From Mycobacterium tuberculosis H37Rv (GTDB lineage: Bacteria; Actinomycetota; Actinomycetes; Mycobacteriales; Mycobacteriaceae), in NCBI RefSeq assembly GCF_000195955.2, contig NC_000962.3:1710001-1742000 (forward strand): a stretch of 32,000 nt of DNA, given 5' to 3'. Within the stretch, counting starts at the first letter, position 1. Each line of letters starts with the position of its first letter. Below are positions 19,502 through 26,518 of the stretch, piece after piece. The position numbers were made by a program, and so were the translations under genes. The notes beneath the pieces are model-generated. The model made no database searches, had not been told where the DNA came from, and saw nothing but the letters and a program-made list of their open reading frames with translations.

Positions 19502-21256
19502 GTGGTCGCGTCTTCGATTCCCACCGCGCTGCGCGAGCGCGCCAGTGTGCACCCCAATGGTGCGGCCATCACCTACATCGATTACGAGCAGGACTGGGCC
19601 GGTGTTGCCGAAACCCTGACCTGGTCTCAGTTGTATCGGCGAATGCTCAATGTCGCCGAGCCGCTCCGGCATGTGGGGGCGACCGGTGATCGGGCAGTGA
19701 TACTGGCACCGCAGGGAATCGAATACGTCGTTGGATTTCTCGGCGCGTTGCAGGCCGGACGTATCGCGGTTCCGCTGCCGGTTCCACATGCCGGCGCCCA
19801 CGATGAGCGTACGATTTCGGTGCTAAGCGACACTTCGCCCGCTGTCATTCTGACGACGTCGGGGGCCGTTGACGATGTCAGAGAATGCGCTCAGCCACAG
19901 CCAGGCCAGTCCGCACCATCAATCGTTGAGCTTGATTTGCTGGACTTAGATTCTCGGCAGCGCTCCCGCAGCCCTGGCGCGCGCCCAACCGGCAGGGATA
20001 CGCCGGAAACCGCGTATTTGCAATATACTTCGGGATCCACCCGTACGCCGGCCGGTGTCATGGTCTCGAACAAAAATGTCTTCGCCAATTTCGAGCAGAT
20101 CGTGGCCGACTTCTTTGCGCCCGAGGGGGGCGTCGTCCCGCCGGACCTCACTGTGGTGTCTTGGCTGCCGCTGTACCACGACATGGGTCTTCTATTAGGC
20201 GCGATCATGCCGATCCTGGCGGGTGTACCCACCGTGTTGACGAGTCCGGTGGGGTTCCTTCAGCGGCCGGCTCGATGGATACAACTGCTGGCACGTAACG
20301 GTCGCACGATTTCGGCAGGACCGAATTTCGCTTTCGAATTGGCGGTGCGTAAGACGTCAGACGACGACATGGACGGACTTGACCTCGCCGGCGTGCACAC
20401 CATCCTCAACGGCAGCGAGCGAGTACACCCGGCGACCCTCAAACGATTTGCTGAACGGTTCGGCCGCTTTAATTTTGCCGCCGCGGCGCTGCGGCCCGCG
20501 TATGGCATGGCGGAAGCAACGGTGTACATAGCGACCCGTAATGTGAACGAACCACCAGAAATCGTCGACTTCGAATCCGAGAAACTGCCTGCGGGCCAAG
20601 CGATCCGGTGCCCGAGCGGAAGCGGCACACCGCTGGTCAGCTACGGCGTCCCACGGTCACAGCTAGTGCGCATCGTTGATCCAGACACGTGTATCGAGTG
20701 TCCGCAGGGATCGGTCGGTGAGATCTGGGTGCAAGGTGGCAACGTTGCGTCCGGCTATTGGCACAAACCCGAGGAGAGCAAGCGCACGTTTGGCGCCAGG
20801 ATTGTCACCCCTTCGGCGGGCACACCCGAAGCGCCTTGGCTGCGAACCGGGGATTCGGGTTTCGTCTCCGGCGGCGAGCTGTTCATCATCGGCCGCATCA
20901 AGGACCTCTTGATTGTGTATGGGCGCAACCACGCTCCCGACGACATCGAGGCGACCATCCAGGAGATAACCTCCGGCCGCTGTGCGGCGATCGCGGTCCC
21001 CGACCACGGCACCGAAAAGCTGGTCGCGATTATCGAACTCAAGAAACGGGGAGACTCCGACGAGGATGTGGCGGACCGGCTGCGCATCGTCAAGCGTGAC
21101 GTCGCCGCGGCGATATTTGATTCGCACGGTCTGAGCGTGGCCGATCTCGTTCTGGTGTCGCCCGGGTCGATTCCCATCACCACCAGCGGCAAGATCAGGC
21201 GGGCACAGTGCGTCCAGCTTTACCGACGGCGTGAGTTCACCCGGTTAGACGCTTGA
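19502..21256 (+). CDS. fadD24: Fatty acyl-AMP ligase (FAAL), paralog of fadD25
   Basis: A 584-aa ORF with a GTG start, carrying [23 protein letters not shown] and TTSGKIRR. It is colinear with fadD25 along its full length. Confidence 0.93.
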   Translation: MVASSIPTALRERASVHPNGAAITYIDYEQDWAGVAETLTWSQLYRRMLNVAEPLRHVGATGDRAVILAPQGIEYVVGFLGALQAGRIAVPLPVPHAGAHDERTISVLSDTSPAVILTTSGAVDDVRECAQPQPGQSAPSIVELDLLDLDSRQRSRSPGARPTGRDTPETAYLQYTSGSTRTPAGVMVSNKNVFANFEQIVADFFAPEGGVVPPDLTVVSWLPLYHDMGLLLGAIMPILAGVPTVLTSPVGFLQRPARWIQLLARNGRTISAGPNFAFELAVRKTSDDDMDGLDLAGVHTILNGSERVHPATLKRFAERFGRFNFAAAALRPAYGMAEATVYIATRNVNEPPEIVDFESEKLPAGQAIRCPSGSGTPLVSYGVPRSQLVRIVDPDTCIECPQGSVGEIWVQGGNVASGYWHKPEESKRTFGARIVTPSAGTPEAPWLRTGDSGFVSGGELFIIGRIKDLLIVYGRNHAPDDIEATIQEITSGRCAAIAVPDHGTEKLVAIIELKKRGDSDEDVADRLRIVKRDVAAAIFDSHGLSVADLVLVSPGSIPITTSGKIRRAQCVQLYRRREFTRLDA

Positions 21257-21308
21257 CTGCATCGTTGGAGCTTGTTTTCCATTGTGCTACAACCGGTTTG
21301 CTGTCTCT

Positions 21309-21331
21309 GTGGCCCAGTGTTAGTGGGCCGC
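21309..21331 (+). terminator. Candidate stem-loop downstream of fadD24 (GGCCCA / TGGGCC stem, 7-nt loop)
   Basis: Bases 21311-21316 pair with 21324-21329, and the stem can extend by G-C and G-U pairs. No U-tract follows. Confidence 0.25.
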
Positions 21332-21337
21332 TCGGCA

Positions 21338-21366
21338 TTGACTGAGCACGACACGATTCCTAGTGT
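21338..21366 (+). promoter_or_regulatory. Predicted sigma-A-type promoter of adh: TTGACT - 17 nt - TAGTGT, with the ATG 6 nt after the -10 (leaderless prediction)
   Basis: TTGACT lies at 21338-21343 and TAGTGT (TANNNT class) at 21361-21366, with the ATG at 21373. No purine-rich Shine-Dalgarno sequence lies upstream of the ATG. Confidence 0.4.
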
Positions 21367-21372
21367 GCTGGT

Positions 21373-22476
21373 ATGTCGGACGGCGCGGTGGTACGGGCAT
21401 TGGTATTGGAGGCGCCGCGCAGGCTGGTCGTGCGCCAGTACCGGCTGCCGCGCATCGGCGATGATGACGCACTAGTGCGAGTAGAGGCCTGCGGGCTGTG
21501 CGGCACCGATCACGAGCAATACACGGGCGAGCTGGCCGGTGGGTTTGCCTTCGTACCTGGCCACGAGACGGTCGGGACGATTGCGGCCATCGGTCCGCGG
21601 GCGGAGCAGCGGTGGGGCGTGTCGGCCGGCGACCGAGTAGCCGTCGAGGTATTCCAGTCGTGTCGGCAGTGCGCTAACTGTCGTGGCGGCGAGTACCGGC
21701 GTTGTGTACGGCATGGCCTCGCTGACATGTACGGGTTCATCCCGGTTGACCGAGAGCCTGGCCTGTGGGGCGGTTACGCCGAATATCAGTACCTGGCGCC
21801 GGATTCGATGGTGTTGCGGGTGGCCGGTGACCTCAGCCCGGAAGTGGCCACCTTGTTCAACCCGCTGGGGGCGGGAATACGTTGGGGAGTAACGATTCCC
21901 GAAACCAAACCGGGCGACGTCGTGGCGGTGCTGGGTCCAGGAATCCGGGGGCTGTGCGCCGCCGCGGCGGCAAAAGGGGCCGGTGCCGGGTTCGTGATGG
22001 TGACCGGGTTGGGACCCCGTGACGCCGACCGGTTGGCGCTGGCGGCACAGTTCGGAGCCGACCTCGCCGTCGATGTTGCGATCGATGACCCGGTCGCCGC
22101 CCTGACCGAACAGACCGGTGGGCTGGCAGACGTCGTTGTCGACGTGACCGCCAAGGCGCCAGCGGCATTCGCACAGGCGATAGCGCTAGCCCGGCCCGCC
22201 GGGACCGTTGTTGTCGCCGGCACCCGGGGCGTGGGCAGCGGGGCACCGGGATTTTCGCCCGACGTCGTTGTGTTCAAGGAGCTGCGTGTGCTTGGCGCCC
22301 TCGGCGTAGACGCCACCGCCTACCGGGCCGCGCTTGATCTGTTGGTGTCCGGTCGATACCCCTTCGCAAGCCTGCCTCGCCGCTGCGTGCGGCTCGAAGG
22401 CGCCGAGGATCTGCTGGCTACCATGGCCGGTGAACGCGACGGTGTCCCGCCTATCCACGGAGTGCTCACACCATGA
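21373..22476 (+). CDS. adh: Zinc-dependent medium-chain alcohol dehydrogenase
   Basis: Catalytic zinc motifs CGLCGTDHE and GHETVG, a structural-zinc Cys cluster CRQCANCRGGEYRRC, and a Rossmann motif VLGPGIRG are present. Length is 367 aa. Confidence 0.92.
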   Translation: MSDGAVVRALVLEAPRRLVVRQYRLPRIGDDDALVRVEACGLCGTDHEQYTGELAGGFAFVPGHETVGTIAAIGPRAEQRWGVSAGDRVAVEVFQSCRQCANCRGGEYRRCVRHGLADMYGFIPVDREPGLWGGYAEYQYLAPDSMVLRVAGDLSPEVATLFNPLGAGIRWGVTIPETKPGDVVAVLGPGIRGLCAAAAAKGAGAGFVMVTGLGPRDADRLALAAQFGADLAVDVAIDDPVAALTEQTGGLADVVVDVTAKAPAAFAQAIALARPAGTVVVAGTRGVGSGAPGFSPDVVVFKELRVLGALGVDATAYRAALDLLVSGRYPFASLPRRCVRLEGAEDLLATMAGERDGVPPIHGVLTP

Positions 22477-23039
22477 CAACATCCCGCGTGCCCCTGTTGC
22501 CGGTCGACGAGGCCAAAGCTGCTGCCGACGAAGCGGGCGTGCCCGACTACATGGCTGAGCTCAGCATCTTCCAAGTGTTGCTGAATCATCCGCGACTAGC
22601 GCGGACCTTCAACGACCTGCTCGCCACCATGCTGTGGCACGGGACCCTGGACTCACGGTTGCGTGAGTTGGTGATCATGCGGATTGGTTGGCTCACCGAC
22701 TGTGACTACGAATGGACCCAACACTGGCGGGTTGCTTCAGGGCTTGGCGTGTCGGCCGACGATCTGCTCGGTGTACGGGATTGGCAAGGGTACAACGGGT
22801 TCGGGCCCGCTGAGCAGGCCGTCCTGGCGGCCACCGATGACGTGGTGCGCGAGGGCGCGGTGAGTGCGCAGAGCTGGTCGGCTTGCGAGCGGGAATTACA
22901 TTGCGACAAAGTGGTTCTCATCGAACTCGTTACGGTGATAAGCGCATGGCGAATGGTCGCTTCGATCCTGCACAGCCTCGAGGTCCCACTGGAAGACGGC
23001 GTTTCCAGCTGGCCGCCCGACGGCCTTTCGCCAAGGTGA
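22473..23039 (+). CDS. Carboxymuconolactone decarboxylase / AhpD-like family protein (Rv1531-like)
   Basis: A 188-aa ORF with LTDCDYEWTQHWRVA, which fits the C..y.w..H core of the CMD family. Its ATG overlaps the adh stop (ATGA), suggesting translational coupling. Confidence 0.8.
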   Translation: MTTSRVPLLPVDEAKAAADEAGVPDYMAELSIFQVLLNHPRLARTFNDLLATMLWHGTLDSRLRELVIMRIGWLTDCDYEWTQHWRVASGLGVSADDLLGVRDWQGYNGFGPAEQAVLAATDDVVREGAVSAQSWSACERELHCDKVVLIELVTVISAWRMVASILHSLEVPLEDGVSSWPPDGLSPR

Positions 23040-23110
23040 CTGCGCCGAGCGTGTAACCATGGCGAGATTCCGCCGGCGATTTTTCCGCCCTGAGTGCACG
23101 TTCGGCGCAG
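23040..23110. terminator. Long imperfect inverted repeat between convergent genes (candidate bidirectional terminator)
   Basis: ctgcgccgagcgtg (23040-23053) is complementary to cacgttcggcgcag (23097-23110) at 13 of 14 positions. The loop contains a T5 run. Confidence 0.3.
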
Positions 23111-23115
23111 AAGCA

Positions 23116-23550
23116 CTAGACGATCCGGTAGGTCTGCACAGCGTGAGCGACGATGTTCCCGTCGGGATCGGTTGCGGTGATCTCGGTAAAGGTGAGTTCC
23201 TTGCGGCGTCGGGCAGTGCGCGCATGACAGAGCAAGTCACACCGCTTGGCGGCGCCGGTGTACTGGATGCTCATCGCGACCGTGGCGGCGCGGGTGCCCC
23301 TGTCGAAGTCGTGGTTCGACCAAGCGGCGGCGGCACCGGCGGTGTCCATCACCGACGCGATCACCCCACCGTGAAAGTAGGTGCCGTCATTGGTGAGGTC
23401 GGTGCGAAACGGGAGTCGGATCACGACGTCGTCGGGTTCGTAGCGTTCGAACACGATGCCGAGCCCGCCGATGAACGGCGTCCTCGGCATCAGCTCACGC
23501 ACCGCCTGGCGACGTTTGTGCTGCTCTTGGGCGGTCAACGGGTCGGACAT
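23116..23550 (-). CDS. PaaI/hotdog-fold thioesterase-like protein (Rv1532c-like)
   Basis: A 144-aa ORF. GIVFERYEPDDVVIRLPF..DLTNDGTYFHGGVIASVMDTAG matches the PaaI-type hGG....D pattern. Confidence 0.8.
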   Translation of the reverse strand: MSDPLTAQEQHKRRQAVRELMPRTPFIGGLGIVFERYEPDDVVIRLPFRTDLTNDGTYFHGGVIASVMDTAGAAAAWSNHDFDRGTRAATVAMSIQYTGAAKRCDLLCHARTARRRKELTFTEITATDPDGNIVAHAVQTYRIV

Positions 23551-23557
23551 GGCAGGT

Positions 23558-23575
23558 AATCTACCCTATTAGATT
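23558..23575. promoter_or_regulatory. Inverted repeat AATCTA-N6-TAGATT in the Rv1532c / Rv1533 divergent region (candidate operator, perhaps for the downstream TetR)
   Basis: AATCTA at 23558-23563 and TAGATT at 23570-23575 are perfect 6-bp arms, and the right arm abuts a -35-like TTGACA. The binding protein is inferred only. Confidence 0.3.
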
Positions 23576-23602
23576 GACATATCAATCAATAACTCTTAGC
23601 GT
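23574..23602 (+). promoter_or_regulatory. Predicted promoter TTGACA - 17 nt - TAGCGT, with the ATG at 23610, 7 nt after the -10 (leaderless prediction)
   Basis: The -35 hexamer matches consensus at 23574-23579. A TANNNT -10 lies at 23597-23602. No Shine-Dalgarno sequence precedes the ATG. Confidence 0.4.
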
Positions 23603-23609
23603 CGTCGCA

Positions 23610-24737
23610 ATGCGGACCAGAGTCGCCGAGCTGCTCGGTGCTGAGTTTCCAATATGCGCGTTCAGCCACTGCCGGGATGTGGTGGCGGCGGTGTCCAATG
23701 CGGGCGGGTTCGGGATCCTCGGTGCCGTCGCACATAGCCCCAAACGGCTGGAGAGCGAGCTGACCTGGATCGAGGAGCACACGGGTGGCAAGCCGTACGG
23801 AGTCGACGTGCTGCTGCCGCCCAAATACATCGGCGCCGAGCAAGGCGGTATCGATGCCCAGCAGGCCCGGGAGCTCATACCCGAAGGGCATCGCACCTTC
23901 GTCGACGACTTGCTGGTTCGCTATGGCATCCCCGCGGTCACCGACCGGCAGCGTTCGTCCTCGGCCGGTGGGCTGCACATCTCGCCCAAGGGTTATCAGC
24001 CGTTGCTGGATGTGGCCTTCGCCCATGACATCCGGTTGATCGCCAGCGCGCTCGGGCCGCCGCCACCGGATCTCGTGGAGCGCGCCCACAACCATGACGT
24101 GCTGGTTGCCGCCCTAGCCGGCACGGCGCAGCACGCGCGGCGACACGCGGCTGCGGGTGTTGACCTGATCGTCGCGCAGGGCACCGAGGCCGGAGGCCAC
24201 ACCGGCGAGGTGGCGACCATGGTTCTGGTTCCCGAAGTCGTCGATGCGGTGTCGCCAACGCCGGTGCTGGCCGCGGGCGGGATCGCCCGTGGCCGCCAGA
24301 TCGCTGCGGCGTTGGCCCTGGGGGCGGAAGGCGTCTGGTGCGGGTCGGTCTGGTTGACCACCGAAGAAGCCGAAACGCCCCCGGTGGTCAAGGACAAGTT
24401 TCTGGCCGCAACATCCTCGGACACGGTGCGGTCCCGGTCGCTAACCGGCAAGCCGGCGCGCATGCTGCGCACGGCCTGGACCGACGAATGGGATCGGCCT
24501 GACAGCCCCGACCCGCTTGGCATGCCGCTGCAGAGCGCGCTGGTCAGCGACCCGCAGTTGCGCATCAACCAGGCCGCCGGCCAGCCCGGGGCCAAGGCTC
24601 GTGAGCTGGCGACCTACTTCGTCGGACAGGTCGTCGGCTCACTCGACCGGGTGCGGTCGGCCCGCTCGGTGGTGCTTGACATGGTCGAGGAGTTCATCGA
24701 CACCGTCGGGCAACTGCAGGGGTTGGTGCAAAGGTGA
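23610..24737 (+). CDS. Nitronate monooxygenase / 2-nitropropane dioxygenase-like FMN enzyme (Rv1533-like)
   Basis: IVAQGTEAGGHTG is the family signature, in a TIM-barrel FMN family that also includes FabK-like enoyl reductases. ATG at 23610 gives 375 aa. The track ORF starts 12 codons earlier. Confidence 0.88.
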   Translation: MRTRVAELLGAEFPICAFSHCRDVVAAVSNAGGFGILGAVAHSPKRLESELTWIEEHTGGKPYGVDVLLPPKYIGAEQGGIDAQQARELIPEGHRTFVDDLLVRYGIPAVTDRQRSSSAGGLHISPKGYQPLLDVAFAHDIRLIASALGPPPPDLVERAHNHDVLVAALAGTAQHARRHAAAGVDLIVAQGTEAGGHTGEVATMVLVPEVVDAVSPTPVLAAGGIARGRQIAAALALGAEGVWCGSVWLTTEEAETPPVVKDKFLAATSSDTVRSRSLTGKPARMLRTAWTDEWDRPDSPDPLGMPLQSALVSDPQLRINQAAGQPGAKARELATYFVGQVVGSLDRVRSARSVVLDMVEEFIDTVGQLQGLVQR

Positions 24738-25411
24738 GCCGCGCTAGCGCGCGGCGGCGCCGAGCGGTCAGCGATGAGGACAAGTCGCAACGGCGCGACG
24801 AGATCTTGGCCGCGGCCAAAATAGTGTTTGCTCACAAGGGTTTTCATGCCACCACCGTCGCAGACATCGCCAAGCAGGCCGGCCTGGCGTACGGGCTGAT
24901 CTACTGGTACTTCGACTCCAAGGACGACTTGTTCCACGCCTTGATGGCCGGTGAAGAGGAGGCGCTGCGCGCGCATGTCGCGGCCGAACTGGCCCGCGTT
25001 GGCGGGTCTACCGAGGCGCCGCTTCGGGCCCTGTTACAGGCCGCGGTACAGGCCACGTTCGAGTTCTTCGAAACCGACAAGGCTACCGTCAAACTACTGT
25101 TCCGTGACGCTTACGCGCTTGGGGGCCGATTCGAAGAGCATCTCGGCGGAATCTACGAGCGGTTCATCGACGACATCGAAGCCGTCGTTGTTGCCGCTCA
25201 ACGGCGCGGTGAGGTTGTCGAGGCCCCGTCCCGGATGGCCGCGTACACGTTGGCGGCGCTGGTGGGGCAGTTGGCACACCGACGGCTGAATACCGACGAT
25301 AACGTCACCGCCGCCCAGGTAGCCGACTTCGTGGTGTCGCTGGTGCTAGACGGGCTGCGTCCGCGTGCACTGGCGGTCGGGGCCCGCGGTGGTCGGGCCG
25401 CCCGAACCTGA
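24734..25411 (+). CDS. TetR-family transcriptional regulator (Rv1534-like)
   Basis: An N-terminal helix-turn-helix is present: RRDEILAAAKIVFAHKGFHATTVADIAKQAGLAYGLIYWYFDSKDDLF. The GTG start overlaps the upstream stop (GTGA). Confidence 0.92.
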   Translation: MSRASARRRRAVSDEDKSQRRDEILAAAKIVFAHKGFHATTVADIAKQAGLAYGLIYWYFDSKDDLFHALMAGEEEALRAHVAAELARVGGSTEAPLRALLQAAVQATFEFFETDKATVKLLFRDAYALGGRFEEHLGGIYERFIDDIEAVVVAAQRRGEVVEAPSRMAAYTLAALVGQLAHRRLNTDDNVTAAQVADFVVSLVLDGLRPRALAVGARGGRAART

Positions 25412-25471
25412 GCAAAGGCTGCCAAATACATGGTGAACGCGTAAGGATTCGCGACACCCGCCCGGATCACG

Positions 25472-25500
25472 TTGACCGAGACGGGTAGGTCGTGCATGAT
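25472..25500 (+). promoter_or_regulatory. Candidate promoter for the M-box leader: TTGACC - 17 nt - CATGAT
   Basis: The hexamers lie at 25472-25477 and 25495-25500. This would place the transcription start a few nt before the riboswitch P1 helix. Confidence 0.35.
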
Positions 25501-25507
25501 CGGTCCG

Positions 25508-25680
25508 GTAAGCACCTCGTTAGGTGAGGCGGCTACACGAACATAGGCCACTGACCCCGAACGTCGAGAGACGCCCCGGGTCAGGACAGCTCTTCCCGGC
25601 TTAAGGGTTGAGCCCAGGTGGCTTCCGGCTTACCGGACACGTCGTGTGGTGCCGAAGCTCTGACGAGAGGGGTGCGGATT
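25508..25680 (+). promoter_or_regulatory. M-box (ykoK-leader) magnesium riboswitch aptamer
   Basis: Conserved strings of the B. subtilis mgtE M-box are visible in order: CUCGUUAGGUGAGGC (25515-25530), CUGaCCCgAAcGUCgAgAGACGCcccGGGUCAggACAG, UAAGG, and GGUGCcgAAGCUCUgACGAg (25648-25667). The purine-rich 3' strand gaggggtg can close P1 with cacctc. Confidence 0.85.
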
Positions 25681-25771
25681 TCCGGCAGTTGCCGGCATCT
25701 CTGTACTCCTGTGACGCGCTTTATCGTGCGGACAACCGTACGTGTCGTGGCCGTGAGGAGGTGAGGGACGC

Positions 25772-25852
25772 ATGAGTTCCGGTGACAGTCCGGACCGATA
25801 TCCGGGCTCTGTTTCGTCCCGATCCGGTTTCCGGCGCGACGTTTTGCGCTGA
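25772..25852 (+). CDS. Candidate 26-codon small ORF (MSSGDSPDRYPGSVSSRSGFRRDVLR) between the M-box and the downstream gene
   Basis: ATG at 25772 is preceded by GAGGAGGTGAGGG (25755-25767), and TGA lies at 25850-25852. It is too short for the ORF track. No homology evidence is available. Confidence 0.25.
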   Translation: MSSGDSPDRYPGSVSSRSGFRRDVLR

Positions 25853-25975
25853 GTCGTCAAACCAAGATCAGCCTTCTTGGATCGGAACCGCTACGGGACG
25901 GGACCAACTCGGTTCAGTCCATATGTGCTCGTTTTGATTTCCGTCCTCGCTTGCAACTCCGTCTAGGAGGCGATC

Positions 25976-26212
25976 ATGACCGCTGCTCTGCACAATGACG
26001 TAGTAACCGTAGCTTCGGCCCCCAAGCTGCGGGTGGTGCGGGATGTGCCCCCGGCCCCCGCGTCCAAGAAGGTTGCTCGCCGGCTCGACGCGCAGCCTTT
26101 CGGCACCGGAGGGGACCCGCTGGTCGACGGGGCAGCTCGTTTGCTGAGCATTCCGCTGCGCCACCTCTACGCCGCGTTGTGGCGCGTCGGGCTGCTCGAG
26201 GTCCAGGCCTAG
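25976..26212 (+). CDS. Small protein of unknown function (Rv1535-like), 78 aa
   Basis: ATG at 25976 has GGAGG 6 nt upstream. It is the only sizeable + strand ORF downstream of the M-box. The C-terminal AARLLSIPLRHLYAALWRVGLL resembles an excisionase-type helix-turn-helix, though weakly. Confidence 0.7.
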   Translation: MTAALHNDVVTVASAPKLRVVRDVPPAPASKKVARRLDAQPFGTGGDPLVDGAARLLSIPLRHLYAALWRVGLLEVQA

Positions 26213-26236
26213 TCCGATGGGCAGGCAGCCGACCTT

Positions 26237-26261
26237 GCGCCGCGATGTGGATTTGCGGCGC
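26237..26261 (+). terminator. GC hairpin after the small gene (GCGCCGC / GCGGCGC, 11-nt loop)
   Basis: Bases 26237-26243 pair with 26255-26261, starting 25 nt after the stop codon. No U-tract follows, as is common in mycobacteria. Confidence 0.35.
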
Positions 26262-26277
26262 TGGGCGACAATCCCCG

Positions 26278-26283
26278 TAGAAT
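26278..26283 (+). promoter_or_regulatory. Candidate -10 hexamer TAGAAT for the ileS leader
   Basis: TAGAAT lies just upstream of the first T-box helix. No clear -35 element is present. Confidence 0.3.
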
Positions 26284-26291
26284 CAGGGGAA

Positions 26292-26518
26292 CGGCATCGA
26301 TCCGGCGATCACCGGGGAGCCTTCGGAAGAACGGCCGGTTAGGCCCAGTAGAACCGAACGGGTTGGCCCGTCACAGCCTCAAGTCGAGCGGCCGCGCATC
26401 GGCGTGGCAAGCGGGGTGGTACCGCGGCGTTCGCGCACCGGCGTGGCGTCGTCCCCGAGCCTGGATTGCAGGCACGCAGTGCCGAACGGTGCTGGGGCCT
26501 GGGGAGACGACGCGCAAA
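26292..26518 (+). promoter_or_regulatory. T-box leader (isoleucine specifier AUC), translational type
   Basis: The Stem I specifier region is ggcgAUCaccgggg, with AUC at 26308-26310. The T-box motif GGGUGGUACCGCG lies at 26414-26427. An anti-SD gcgtcgtcccc (26446-26456) is complementary to ggggagacgacgc (26501-26513), which contains the Shine-Dalgarno sequence just before the GTG at 26519. Confidence 0.85.

Noticed and set aside
25630-26164. 76-aa and 98-aa minus-strand ORFs in the M-box / small-gene region
   Set aside because: They overlap the riboswitch and the SD-preceded + strand gene. They have no ribosome-binding sequence and no family resemblance.
26363-26518. 52-codon upstream extension of the ileS ORF
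   Set aside because: It covers the T-box leader RNA. Family-like protein sequence begins only after the GTG at 26519, which has its own Shine-Dalgarno sequence.
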